DNA from: Eledone cirrhosa
Lineage: Eukaryota
Length of the DNA: 64,000 nt
Direction: 5' to 3'
Assembly: GCA_964016885.1 (NCBI GenBank)
Contig: OZ024741.1
Coordinates: 182,466,001-182,530,000 of the forward strand
Shown: in pieces, positions 26,786 through 40,564 of the stretch
How positions within the stretch are numbered: the first letter of the stretch is position 1
Layout of the letters: each line of letters begins with the position of its first letter
Program-made: the position numbers and the translations under genes
Notes under the pieces: generated by a model
The model's database searches: none
What the model saw: only the letters and a program-made list of their open reading frames with translations
Told to the model about the DNA's origin: nothing

Positions 26786-27040
26786 TAGGAAAAAGTATGA
26801 CCCCGACGGCAGAGCTCAAGCCGTTTCGGAGGCTATTTCTGGACTAAATTAGAATTTTTAGCCTGGTGAATAAATAGCCGAACTTGTCAAGGGGGTACTT
26901 CCTTATATGGGAAGATTGTAGTTGTCAAGAGGATTGGTTAAAATGTGTTGTACTTTTTCCTATTTCCCACTCTACTACCCTAAGTATTGAGTACTCTGGT
27001 GCGTTATGGTCGATCTGGTTCCTTACCACAATTCCTTTGT

Positions 27041-27043
<3 letters not shown>
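26786..27043. mobile_element. Fold-back element family A, copy retaining the full HHR
   Basis: Tail-less minus arm 26786-26950, tail-bearing plus arm 26951-27043; (TA)n flanks. Confidence 0.85.
26800..26896 (-). ncRNA. Hammerhead ribozyme, U3-A8 core
   Basis: RC: ACCCCC TTGACAA GTTC GGCTATTT...AAATAGCC TCC GAAA CGGC-TTGAGCTCT-GCCG TC GGGGT; GUC triplet. Confidence 0.8.
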
Positions 27044-27074
<31 letters not shown>

Positions 27075-27082
27075 CACATATA

Positions 27083-27148
<66 letters not shown>

Positions 27149-27720
27149 TATATATATATATATATAGATAGATATGTATATGTATATATATATATAAAAT
27201 CGTTTTTTTTACATTGTGTTTTCCCCTTCAAATACTTGCTTATATTTCTTTATATATTCTCTATATATTTTTTTAATATATATATTTTTTATCTTTATTC
27301 TTATTTTCACTTTTATCCTCCTTTATATTTTACCTTATTCTTACTTTTATACCTTATTATAGTGTAATCTTCCCCATGCCTTATTATACATTATTAATTA
27401 TAGATTATTATTATTACTCTTTTTCCATTTCTAATTACCTCATGTACTTTCTCCTCCGTAATATATATATTGTATGCCCTTTGTGTGTGTGTAGCCTCTG
27501 CACACCCTCTGCACCCTACTATCGACGCCACCCCATCTATGGTTCAGCTAACCACTCGAGTCCCGGGAATGAATATGACCGCAGCTAGTAAACAAGGACC
27601 CACACCCCACCCTCCCGCACCAAAATTAGACTTATCGTCCCCTACTTTTGCTCTTTACTCTCTTTATTCTTTGTTCTTGAATGTTTGGTTGGTAGAGTCC
27701 ATAACACCAATCAAACCCCT

Positions 27721-27780
27721 TTTATAGCTCTGACGAATCCTACGGTTACGTAAGGAAGAAACATTGTAAGCCAATAAAAA
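27721..27780 (+). ncRNA. Hammerhead ribozyme (type I)
   Basis: GCT CTGACGA A TCC TACG-GTTA-CGTA A GGA A GAAA CA-T-TG TA AGC; GUA triplet. Confidence 0.8.
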
Positions 27781-27813
27781 TCTTTTGATGTTGTAGACGC
27801 TCTTGTGTTCTTT

Positions 27814-27890
<77 letters not shown>

Positions 27891-27987
27891 TTGAGGTTGG
27901 TAATGGCACATGGAATATATAAGAGACAGAATACTTTTTTGTGAAAAAACATAATTTTATAAGGTAAGGAAATAATAAAGGGTATAA

Positions 27988-28035
27988 AAAATGACCGGTT
28001 TCGATGGGTCTGCAAAAGCCATCTTTTCAAATGTT
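27988..28035 (-). ncRNA. Hammerhead ribozyme in the 3' pLTR, U3-A8 core
   Basis: Reverse-complement copy of 31118-31165. Confidence 0.75.
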
Positions 28036-28487
28036 GATTAATATTAAGAAAAATTAATAATACGAAGAGTTAAAATTTGAGACTTGAAAATTCAAGTATA
28101 AAATTCATTGTGGGATTTCATAGCAGTTTTCATCTTGGTAGCAACAACAGGTTGACTGCTGTGTCCCTTTCTGGTAGTGAATGAGAAGTTATTTGGGGTG
28201 TGGGTTATTTTATAAAGGTCAGATTTAGCAATCGCCAGCTGCTGGTCAGTGAGGAGGTGGAAGCAATATACATACACATATCTTCCTGTGATGGGTAGGA
28301 GAGTGGAGCGTGATAGAAAGGGATTTAGTGCACTTACACCTATATATACACACATACCTTCATCCACACATACATACATATACATATACATATATATATA
28401 TATATATATACATATACACACATACATACACACACACATACATATACATACACACATACACACACACACATATATATATATACACAT

Positions 28488-28544
<57 letters not shown>

Positions 28545-28575
28545 TATATATACATACACATACATCCAGATACAC

Positions 28576-28671
<96 letters not shown>

Positions 28672-29273
28672 CCCCACACATACATACACACACACACACA
28701 TATATATATATATACATACACACATACAAACATACACACACACATATATATACACACACATACACACACATATATATACACACACACACACACACACGCA
28801 TATATATATATATATATACACATACGCATACATCCAGATACCCACATACATACACACACACGCACACACAATACATACATCCACATGCACACACATACAC
28901 ACACACACACATATACACATACATACACCCACACACAGAGAAATGGCCTTCAAATATATATATATATATATATACATACAGACACATATATTTTTTCCAT
29001 AATATAAGAAGTTGGGGCAGTGAAATTAAAATACAAGTCATTCTGATCACATTGAGTTCTTCATGTAGATTGGGCCCCGCAACCGACAGTGGTGAATTCT
29101 GTGTGCGCATATATATATAGATATATGTGTGTGCACGTGCAGGGTTTAACATGGATGTGTTGGTCACACAAAGGCATGGTCTGTCAATGAATAAACCTGA
29201 TTCTACAGAATTGGTCTCTGGTCTTTAATAGTAGTGATTCCGTGCGTATGTGTGTTTATATTTTATGACAATT

Positions 29274-31064
29274 CTATTGGGGTGATAACCCGTTTAGTTT
29301 TGGTTTAAATTTGTTAAGGAATAGATTTTCTTTGTTTATTCTTTGTTGCTGTGTGAACGAATCTGAGCACTTGTAGAAGGGGAAGATTTTAAAGTTGGGT
29401 AGTGTCATTCCTGCGCAGTTCGCAATATGGCTGCTCAAGGGGATTTTTCTTGTGTTAGCGTCCCGGATTTGTTGGCGGTGGATGGTCATTCTTTTGCGTA
29501 ATGAGGTGCCCGTCTGTCCTATGTAGTTGTGTTTGCACCCACCGCAAGTTATTGCGTAAATCAAGTTCTCCGAGTTGCAGGTGAAATTGTTTTTTACTGT
29601 AAATGTTTGGCCATCTTTGAATGTAAATGTTTGTCCTTCAGTGAGGTAGAGGCACGTTCCACAGTTTGTTCTACCATATTTGGTAACTGTAGGGTTGAGG
29701 ATTGGTTTGGGTATATTTGGTCCAGTGAGAATGCGTTTAAGTGATTTGGGTTGTCTTTTACTTTTAAGGATCTTGTGTGTTTCAAGAATAGACTTCATTT
29801 TTACATCTTTAAGTAGGATGGGGAGGTTTTTGTGTAGGTGATCAAACATTTCGGTATTTCTGGGGTTGAAAGTGGATACATATGGCAGGGTGTTGAGTGT
29901 GGTTTTCTGTTTTGGATTGTTAAGTTGATGGGGATTTAGGTGTTTTGCCCTGTCTATTCCATTGTCGATTATTTCAAGTGGAAAGGCTCTTAAGATAAGG
30001 GTGTCTTTTAGTTCCTTTAGTCTTTGCTCCCGTTTAGGTGGATCTGATACTATGGTACATATACGTTTGGCCAAATTGTAAGGAATGTTAAGTTTTGTAT
30101 GTTTTGGGTGACTTGATGTGAAAAAGAGGTATTGCTTGGAATCTGTGGGTTTATAGAATATATCTGTATCTAATTTCCCGTCTATTACAGAGATGAGAAT
30201 ATCCAAGAAGGCTAATTCCTTAGGATTGGATTCCATTGTGAATTGTATGTTATTATCTATGTTGTTTATCATGTTTTTAAACGTAGTAAGTGAGTTCATG
30301 TCTTCTTGCCATAGGATAAAGCAGTCGTCTAGATATCTTTTCCAATTGGCTTTGAGGTGTGTGTGTGGAAAGAGTCTCCAAATAAGAGAAGGGACTGACT
30401 GTATATTTGTTGTTCATGGAATCCCATGACTAGGTTGGCATATGTGGGTGCTACTTTCGTGCCCATTGCCGTACCTGATACTTGTCTGTATGTTGAACCA
30501 TTGAATGTGAAGTAGTTATTTTGTAGGATAAAGCGGAGTCCGTCAGTGATAAAATCTGTGTTGATGCGTGTCGGTATTTCTGATGGGCGTGTGTTAAGCC
30601 AGTATTGGACTGCTGTTATTCCATAGTTGTGAGGTATGTTTGTGTAGAGGTTTATTACGTCAAAGGAGACAAGAATTGTATTTGCACTTACTGTTTTAGG
30701 GAGGTGTTTCAGCATGTCAATGTCATCTCGTATGTAGCTCTGTATATGTTGTAGAAAGGGTTTCAGTAGGATGTCCAGAAAGTTGCTAAGTCTGTGGGTT
30801 TCACATGTAGGGCCTGCTATAATTGGCCTGAGTTTTAGGTCTTCTGGTGGTGTTAGTTCAATGTAATTGTTGGTTGAGGTGTCACATGCATCGTTTATGG
30901 GTTTACATTTGTGAAGTTTCGGTAACCCGTAAAAAAAGCTTGTATTGCATTTGAAGTGGCTTATATAGTTAAACTCTTTTGTGGTTAAGCTGTTGCGGTA
31001 TTTATTCAGTAAGGTCAAAAGGTTCCCCATTGTTTTGGTGTGTTTGTAGTTTTCTGTTTTTTTA
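29274..31064 (-). pseudogene. PLE reverse transcriptase / GIY-YIG endonuclease ORF, single frameshift
   Basis: FYGLPKLHK, LRPIIAG, SFDVINLYTNI, GTAMGTKVAP, RYLDD (YLDD 30324-30335), DIFYKPT, TNCGTC, LIYAITCGGC..YIGQT..LRKRMTIH; frames join if one CA is removed at 30357-30367. Confidence 0.95.
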
Positions 31065-31117
31065 ATTTTATTATTAATCGTATTTAATCGTATTATTAAT
31101 TTTTCTTAATATTAATC

Positions 31118-31165
31118 AACATTTGAAAAGATGGCTTTTGCAGACCCATCGAAACCGGTCATTTT
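31118..31165 (+). ncRNA. Hammerhead ribozyme in the inverted pLTR, U3-A8 core
   Basis: AACAT TTGAAAA GATGG-cttttgcagac-CCATC GAAA CCGG TC ATTTT; GUC triplet, palindromic helix III. Confidence 0.75.
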
Positions 31166-31305
31166 TTATACCCTTTATTATTTCCTTACCTTATAAAATT
31201 ATGTTTTTTCACAAAAAAGTATTCTGTCTCTTATATATTCCATGTGCCATTACCAACCTCAATTTTCTCTATAACCTTCGCTTTGTGTAGAAAATTACAC
31301 TTTTC

Positions 31306-31336
<31 letters not shown>

Positions 31337-31384
31337 TAACAGATTAAAGTTTAAGCAAAGCTTAGTCTTCAAATTTATTATTAT

Positions 31385-31458
<74 letters not shown>

Positions 31459-31574
31459 TGGTCAGAGAGTACACATCAGTTAATATTACCAAGACAATAC
31501 CATTCGTAGAAATATAGATATAAAGGCACACGAAAAACGGAAACCAATCAATGAACTAACATGCATGTTAAATA

Positions 31575-32200
<626 letters not shown>

Positions 32201-32899
32201 ATACGATAAAATGTGTAGTTGTAGTAACTTTAGTGATCAAGTGTTTGGTAGAGTTTCTCGCTTATGGAGCAATTTTCAAACTGATCTTTCATTCTTGAGC
32301 CTGGCTGTTAATATAGTCCGGGAATATGTCTGGGGATGAAGGTGAGATGGCGGTAGAAGTGTTTAGACAAAAACATGTGAAAATCAAATGAAGGCCAGTT
32401 TCAAATAGTTGCTTAATCTCCCTTGAATCCCGGTCTATCGTCTGGAAAAAAAATAAGGAACATATTCGCCTATATAGGCCTTAATATAGGGCTGGATTAA
32501 TCATGAAGCAAAATAAGCACAAGCATAGAGCATCATGGGAAGAGGCGTGTCATTTTATTCAAATTAAATGCTTTTGTCATTCATTTTTTTTTTTGTACAC
32601 TATATATGTGAGGGACACTATAAACTGTTTTGTATTTGGAACTTCAAAAAGACTTAATCTTATTCTGTCTAGATATCTCTAAAAAGGTAGGATTGTCACA
32701 GATGGAATAATCCTGATCGTGTCTGCTCGATGAGGCGTGACCAATGTCTAAACAATATGTTTAATAGATCTGACAAATACATATTTTTTTGTATTTTGTC
32801 TACGGTATTTTGATTACATAGAATGCAAACAAAATCTTAGAGGTAATAAGGTTTATGTACTGGGGGTATGTTATTCCAATGATGTGCTCTAACATTGAT

Positions 32900-34270
32900 A
32901 CCTGAATGATACGCGCATCGTCTGTGGTGAGGGGACCTCTCTTGTATGCATGTCACCGGGCGTTGGCCACCTCGTGGTCCCAGCGGATAGAATGGAGAAA
33001 TCGTTGCCCTGGTGGATGGCGAGAGGGACAATCCAACTCATGGGTCTCTCTCCTGTGGGTGGCCAATTCACCACAATAGTGGTGAGTAAGGAGGTGGCCC
33101 GGGGACCAAGAACACCGGAAGTCTCCACCGCTACAGGTTCGACGACAAACATATCGGAGAGCGTCCGATACTTCGACAGCTTGTGATCCTCTGCTTTTCG
33201 AACAACGAAGCCTGAGTCTGTCATTGAATGCACATGTTGCCGCCGGAGAAGGTGTCACTGCAAGTTGCGTCTCAGATGAGGGGCTTACCACCACGTCACG
33301 GAACGATTGTGGTGCTGTTTGGCTTTCTACTTCCTGTTGGTCCAGCCCTACCGGGTCGAGCTTGGAAGGGAACACTCTGGTGTCCAAGCCATGATTTATG
33401 ATCTCATTGAGAGCGGCATGGCGTGGGAAACAGCTAACACAGTATCAGATTTATAGGGGGTGAAATCCGAACGGGTCAATAATGAATCTACAGCGGCATT
33501 GGTATGACTCGTAGATCCAGAGGCCGAGCTACAGGTAAACACCATTGCGGAAACAGTCGTTGTCCGGCTGAGTATCGGTTGGTAGCGAGAATACAGCGTT
33601 AAGCTAGGCACTGCTGTAGAGTTGGGAGGTAGAGCGAAAAGATGACAGATGGTGTTGGTCAAGCCGGCGCACAAGGCTGTCCAAGGACATGTCACATTGG
33701 ACTGCGTCTCTTTTGTTTTGGGAGGACTGGATGTCTTCAATGGGAAGTCGCGTTGGACGTCCGTTGGTTCCAGGTCACGTAGGCCATCTTGCGTTCCTGA
33801 TCACAGTAGGTTGTGTTGTGTTATGGAAAACCCTTTTGAGAAGAACACGGCCGACGGTCACTGACGAAAAAAATGCCGGCAAGACCAGTGAGACTAGCAG
33901 AGACCGAGGTCACCATAGCTGATGAGTAAGGTGACATGTTGCCATCCGGTGTCGTCAAACTGGACGTTGCATATCTCCTCAGTATCGTGTCGGATGCAGG
34001 CGTCGAGATCTATAAGGAGAGATGCGTGGTTATAGCAGGGGATATTGCGGAAGGTATACAGAAGCTTCGGTATAGCGAAGCAGTTTCTCAACAGGAAGAG
34101 TGCCGGATGAGCGTCAATTCAATCAGGTTCAATTTGCTCATAAGTGTTTCGTGTTGGCGAAGTCTAGACCTGATGGTCGAGGTGATAACAGGTGAGACTA
34201 TCGGTGAACCGAGAATGAAAATTGTACCCGGTGGAGCATTGATCACTCGTCTGAGACGTAGGCTGCGAAA
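32900..34270 (-). pseudogene. CRE-like non-LTR retrotransposon remnant (RT C-terminus + restriction-like endonuclease)
   Basis: Multi-frame: RNCFAIPKLLYTFR, RHAALNEII, LDPVGL, RKAEDHKLSKY, EPVAVETSGVLGP, LAIHQGN. Confidence 0.85.
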
Positions 34271-34764
34271 ACCTCTGCGTCTCGCAACATGTCAGCCCCA
34301 ATGTCAATCGCATTACTCTCACTGGTAACCTCAGAGATATGTTCTACTAAGGACCGCATAATTAGTAACAGAAGCAGAAAGGAATGAAGGAGAAAGAATG
34401 AAGGAGGATAGGGGAGAGTAATGGGAAGGTGAGACGGTGGAGGAGGACGAGGAGAAAGAAGGAAGTAAAAGAAGGGTGGGGAGAGAACGAGAACTGAAAA
34501 AGAAGGAAGTAAAAGAGCGGAGTAAGATAAAAAAAAAAAGGGAAGGGGTAAATAAGAGGCCGGCAGTATTACGAAAATAAGAAATAAGACATGTAAAAGG
34601 TGAGGGGAGAGAAAGAAAAAGATAATGAGGTAGGGAGAGGTAAAAGAAGCAGAAAGAGGAGGAGGGGGAAGACGGGAGCTAACACCTGATGGCGTCTAAT
34701 CCCCGTTTGTAAGTAATGCTGAATATCTACATTCCATCACCAATCCATCTAACATACCTACACT

Positions 34765-35742
34765 ACCTCCATCACTACCACCACTAACAACAACACCGCC
34801 ACCACAACCAACACCACTAACAACAACACCGCCACCACAACCAGCACCACTAACAACAACACCGCCACCACCACAGCACCACCACCACCACAGCCACCAC
34901 AGCCAGCACCACCACCACTAACAAGAACACCGCCAACACAACCATCACAGCCAGCACCACTAACAACAACACCGCCACCACCACAGCACCACCACCACCA
35001 CAGCCACCACAGCCAGCACCACCACCACTAACAACAACACCGCCACAGCTAGCAGCACCACTACTAGAAACAATACCACCACCACCACCATCACCACTAT
35101 AGCAGCAACACAGCCACCACAGCCAACACCACCAGCACCACCAGCACCACCACCTCCGCCACTAGTAACACTGTCAGCACCACCAGCACCACCGCCACCG
35201 CCACTAGTAACACTGCCAGCACCACTAGCACCAACACCACAACCACTACGAACAACACCGCCGCCACAAACAACAACACTGTCACCCCGACACCACAACC
35301 TCCCCCTCCAATTTATCTCCTCCTTCCATTGTACTAAATGCTACCTAGTTTATTTGATGCAAACTTAACATAACGCCAACTCTATCACCACCACCACCAC
35401 CACATCCACCACATCCACCACATCCACCACTACCACCACCACCACCACCACATCCACCACATCCACCACAGCCACCACATTCACCACTACCGCCACCACA
35501 TCCACCACATCCACCACATCCACCACCACCACCACCACCATTACCACCACCACCACCACCACCACATCCACCACATCCACCACATCCACCACTACCACCA
35601 CCACCACCACTACCACCACATCCACCACATCCACCACTACCGCCACCACCGCCACCACATCCACCACATCCACCACTACCACCACCACCACATCCACCAC
35701 ATCCACCACCACCACCACCACCACTACCACCACTACCACACA
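34765..35742. repeat. (CAC/CAA/CAG)n and (CCACCACAT)n low-complexity arrays
   Basis: Direct reading. Confidence 0.9.
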
Positions 35743-35854
35743 GCCTGGATCTTGTATAATTCTAAGTAAGACATACAGAAATCGGCATCCCATTTTGGCC
35801 TGTAACCTGATACCAATGCACATGTATTTATATATACATCTGTACATATATACG

Positions 35855-35898
<44 letters not shown>

Positions 35899-35899
35899 T

Positions 35900-35967
<68 letters not shown>

Positions 35968-36114
35968 ATATGATATTCACTACGCCTGTCGCATCTCCAA
36001 CTGATCCATCTATATTATTTTTTTTTAAAAAGCTGTATTATGTTTTCATTCTAACACAGTATTATGTTTGTATGATTTCTTTTACACATATGGGTGTCTG
36101 TGTGGGTGTGTATG

Positions 36115-36186
<72 letters not shown>

Positions 36187-36188
<2 letters not shown>

Positions 36189-36365
36189 CCCCTACGGCAG
36201 AGCTCAAGCCGTTTCGACGGCTATTTCTGGTCCAGAAATAGCCGTCGAAACGGCTTGAGCTCTGCCGTCGGGGTTAAACATTTTCCTAATACCCACTCTA
36301 CTACCCTAAGTATTGAGTACTCTCGTGCGTTATGGTCCATCTGGTTCCTTACCACAATTCCTTCG

Positions 36366-36368
<3 letters not shown>
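36187..36368. mobile_element. Fold-back element family A copy
   Basis: Palindrome centred at ctgg-t-ccag (~36231) plus tail. Confidence 0.88.
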
Positions 36369-36445
<77 letters not shown>

Positions 36446-36449
<4 letters not shown>

Positions 36450-37070
36450 TATAAAGTATGTCCATAGAATCATTTGATAATATATATACACCATTTCCTC
36501 TCCCACTTACCATAATCAACCACATAAAAAATCAATTAGACCAGGCTATAAGATTAAAAGGCACCTATGAAGAAATATAAGATAAACCGACCGCCATAGA
36601 ATATTTACCCAACATTTCAATAGCACGTGGAAATCGACTAAATATACCGTCAACCATACACAATTAGGTATAAAATTAAAGTTAGAAGAAATGCGTACAC
36701 ACTTACCAGGATTATGTCTCTACCCTCGGGTTTCGTTCGCATTTTGAGATATCCTATTAAGGATAAAATCTCGAGCTTCGAACTCGTCAGGAAACAAACT
36801 CATAGGACAAGTAATTTTCTAAAATGATCCCCGCCAGAAACAAATTCAAAATAGCTAAAAATCGTGACGTGGCAGTGGTCAAGTCAGAAAGAATGTGATT
36901 GGATGCTTACGGCGAGTGATTTTTATGTGGTTGATTATGCTAACTGGGAGAGGAAATGGTGTATATATATTATCAAATGATTCTATGGACATACTTTATA
37001 GTATATTGCTCTGATTATTTAATTTATTAATTCATCATTGAGCCACATCGTGAATGGTTGCCAAAACATA
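36446..37070. mobile_element. Fold-back element with HHR
   Basis: ~87-bp inverted repeat 36446-36533 / 36917-37004; right arm has a ~65-nt tail. Confidence 0.85.
36715..36796 (-). ncRNA. Hammerhead ribozyme (type I, long helix II)
   Basis: RC: TGTTTC CTGACGA GTTCG...CGAAC GAAA CCC-GA-GGG TA GAGACA; GUA triplet. Confidence 0.92.
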
Positions 37071-37119
37071 TATATCTGTGACTTTGTTTAGTTTGTGTAT
37101 ATGTAAATCTTTATATATA

Positions 37120-37520
37120 TATATGAATGTATGTATAGTATATTTGGCAATATACTATAATTAAAAAGATTTGGCAATATACTATAATTAAAAACATTTG
37201 GCAATATACTTTAATTAAAAACATTTTGAAGACCTTGCGCTATCATTTTAAAGTAGTGACTATGTCACTTACTTTTTTTTCGGCAAAGGAAGAGAGAGAA
37301 GCTGACAGATTCTGTTTCACACTGTTTGTGTTCCTCAGCCTCTGCCGAAAATTACTTCTTTTTTCGGCAAAGTAAGTGACATAGTCACTACTTTAAAATT
37401 GATAGCGCAAGGTCTTCAAAATGTGTTTAATTAAACATACGGTATATTGCCAAATATACTATACATACATTCATGTATACATCGCTATTTCAGAGCACCA
37501 ATCCTAATTTTTAATTTCCA
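37120..37520. mobile_element. Fold-back element with HHR in the loop
   Basis: Inverted arms ~37122-37275 / ~37368-37478; internal 27-bp triplication in the left arm. Confidence 0.8.
37297..37343 (-). ncRNA. Hammerhead ribozyme
   Basis: RC: AGAGG CTGAGGA ACAC-AAACA-GTGT GAAA CAGA-A-TCTG TC ag CTTCT; GUC triplet. Confidence 0.82.
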
Positions 37521-37589
37521 CGACGGCTATTTCCAGAAATAGCCGTCGAAACGGCTTGAGCTCTGCCGTCGGGGTCAAACATTTTCCTA
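37521..37589 (+). mobile_element. Family A fragment (tail-less arm)
   Basis: gacggctatttccagaaatagccgtcgaaacgg...ttttcctat(at)n. Confidence 0.85.
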
Positions 37590-37900
37590 TATATATATAT
37601 ATGCCTATTCCAGAAGATTTTCTAACCACCATATATATATATATACCAACATAAGTCACACACAATGGCATATATCTATATATAATGCTAGCGAGTAAAA
37701 GAGAGAAATCTACTATACGTCTCATATATATAGCACAGGATAATCACTTGAGCTGGTAAGCAGTTTATTTTTCATGTTGAATAATTTGAACTGTGATCTA
37801 CTAATCTAAATCGTTATATATACAGACATGTATGAACATTATCACTACTATAAATGTGCACACATATACAACACATGTAATATATATATATACACACACT

Positions 37901-37965
<65 letters not shown>

Positions 37966-37971
<6 letters not shown>

Positions 37972-38793
37972 TCAGCGAGATCGCATTTCGGCTGTGGTTT
38001 AAAGCCAAGCGAAACGCAATTTTAGAGATATCCGGCAACCGCTCAATGGACTAAAAGAGGACCAGACCAATTAACATACGTTATAGAGCCCATATAAACT
38101 GAAAACGGCCGCCATGAAGCCATCAGCCACCGGAGCCGAAAAAACGAAGCAAGCTAAACAGGTTAAACAAAAGAATTTACCTGGACCTCCTGGAAATTGA
38201 TGGTATAATCCAGTGGGAGGTTTCTGGGACACCTAAATTAATTATACTGCCTGCTTTCAATGTAAGCTTTTGGTATAACGATCGAACAAGGCTGCCATTT
38301 CGTCAACAGGTATTTTGTTCTCAGCCAGCGAGCGGGTTCTTAGCAGTAGTAGTGTTGGATGATTTACCCCCACGTGTTTGCCCTGCAAGGGAGGTAACCC
38401 CGGTTTTGGCGGATGGGTTCAGAATGTGAAAACTTATTGCAAGAATTGCAAAAAACTGCACAAATCGAATTAAGCTCTCGACCGGGTTGTTTTTAAATAA
38501 ACTTAAGCAATTAATTAGTCAATAAAATTGTCTAATAGAATTAACAAGTTAACTGCTAGGCCCGGTAGATTAATAAAAATATAATTTCAGCGAGATCGCA
38601 TTTCGGCTGTGGTCAAAAACAAAGTGAAACGCAATTTTCGAGATATGCGGCAAGCGCTCAATGGACTAAATGAAGAACAGAGCAATTAACATACGTTATA
38701 GAAGCCAAACAAACTGAAAACGACGCTCATGAAGCTATCAGCCACCTAAGCCGATAAAACGAAGCAAGCTAAACAGGTTAAACAAAAGAATTT
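37966..38793 (-). mobile_element. Non-coding element with ~210-bp direct terminal repeats and internal HHR (retrozyme/pLTR-like)
   Basis: Diverged direct repeats 37966-38179 and ~38581-38793, period ~614 bp; (TA)n flanks. Confidence 0.8.
38178..38312 (-). ncRNA. Hammerhead ribozyme-like motif with extended helices II and III
   Basis: RC: TACCTG TTGACGA [long helix II] GAAA CCTCC...GGAGG TC CAGGTA; GUC triplet; position 3 is U opposite G8. Confidence 0.7.
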
Positions 38794-38802
38794 ATATATA
38801 TA

Positions 38803-39457
<655 letters not shown>

Positions 39458-39459
39458 GT

Positions 39460-39518
<59 letters not shown>

Positions 39519-39594
39519 AGACTCTACAAAGTAAACTGTCTCTAATACAGCTTATTACATATACATATTTACATAAATATTTGGCTTAAATTTA

Positions 39595-39719
<125 letters not shown>

Positions 39720-40564
39720 GCATCTGTATGCATACACATACTCAAAAACAATTTTATGTATATGTATGTGTGTGAGTGTGGACGTGTGTGTGTATGTGTC
39801 TTTCAAAAGATAGTACAGTGTTTTGAATAATTTGAGATGTCAGGCATACCTGGTTAAATAGAAATGCAATTTTTGTCTTGTGAAAAGTGAAGAAAGTTGT
39901 TCATCACGAGTTTTCTTTAATCTCTTCGTTGGCAGGAAAAACGGAAGATCTGATTAGTTTTCTAGTCTTATTCGATCTTCATCTTAGAAAGTATACTTAT
40001 TTTCTGCTTTCAGTGAGATTAATAACATATAGCTATTTATAGTGTATTTAATCTGAGACACTATTAAACTGGTCTGGTTTCTTCCTATCCTCATTGCGGA
40101 GTGTTGGAATCATGGGGATGATAGCACCAATACTAATCAATATGACGTTATATGTCCATAATTCTCATCGGAAAAAAATTGACAACGCCGGTGGGTCCAG
40201 AATCCTCCTCCGAATATTATTCGGAAACTGGATACTGAACTGCAAAGTTGTCACCAGGAAATTACAAGTACAATCCATTAATGGAATAGTAAAAATATGT
40301 AAAACATTCCTAAAATTCTGCATCTAATAACTGCATATACACATGTACAGATACAAAGCATATGCACATACACACATACAACTCAAAACATACATATCCA
40401 CACATACAATAACATCCATACCTGCACACACATGCATGCAGACATGCATACAAATCTACCTAGTTGATGTTGTGTAAATTCCAATGAGAGAGTCTTGAAA
40501 CCGACTCTCTCTCTATTGGCAAAAAATAGTGAAATTATAAAACCAGAAGAACATAGATACATAC

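Larger units (their letters stand above)
27880..31308 (-). mobile_element. Penelope-like element (Neptune-type architecture), 5'-truncated, with inverted pLTRs
   Basis: RT + Cys linker + C-terminal GIY-YIG; ~190-bp repeat at 27885-28075 inverted at 31078-31270 (the latter with an extra ~35-nt tail); (TA)n on both sides. Confidence 0.92.

Noticed and set aside
29150-29270. SECIS element downstream of the PLE ORF
   Set aside because: No in-frame TGA in the retained ORF and no convincing AUGA/AA/GA stem seen
36446-37070. Interpreting the fold-back elements as Tc1/mariner MITEs (TIRs plus TA)
   Set aside because: Inverted repeats are not terminal (one-sided tail), inner boundaries vary between copies, and they carry HHR motifs; true MITEs (8218, 54339) look different
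40040-40330. GC-richer unique stretch as a possible exon
   Set aside because: Stops in the frames examined and no recognisable protein motif or splice-supported frame
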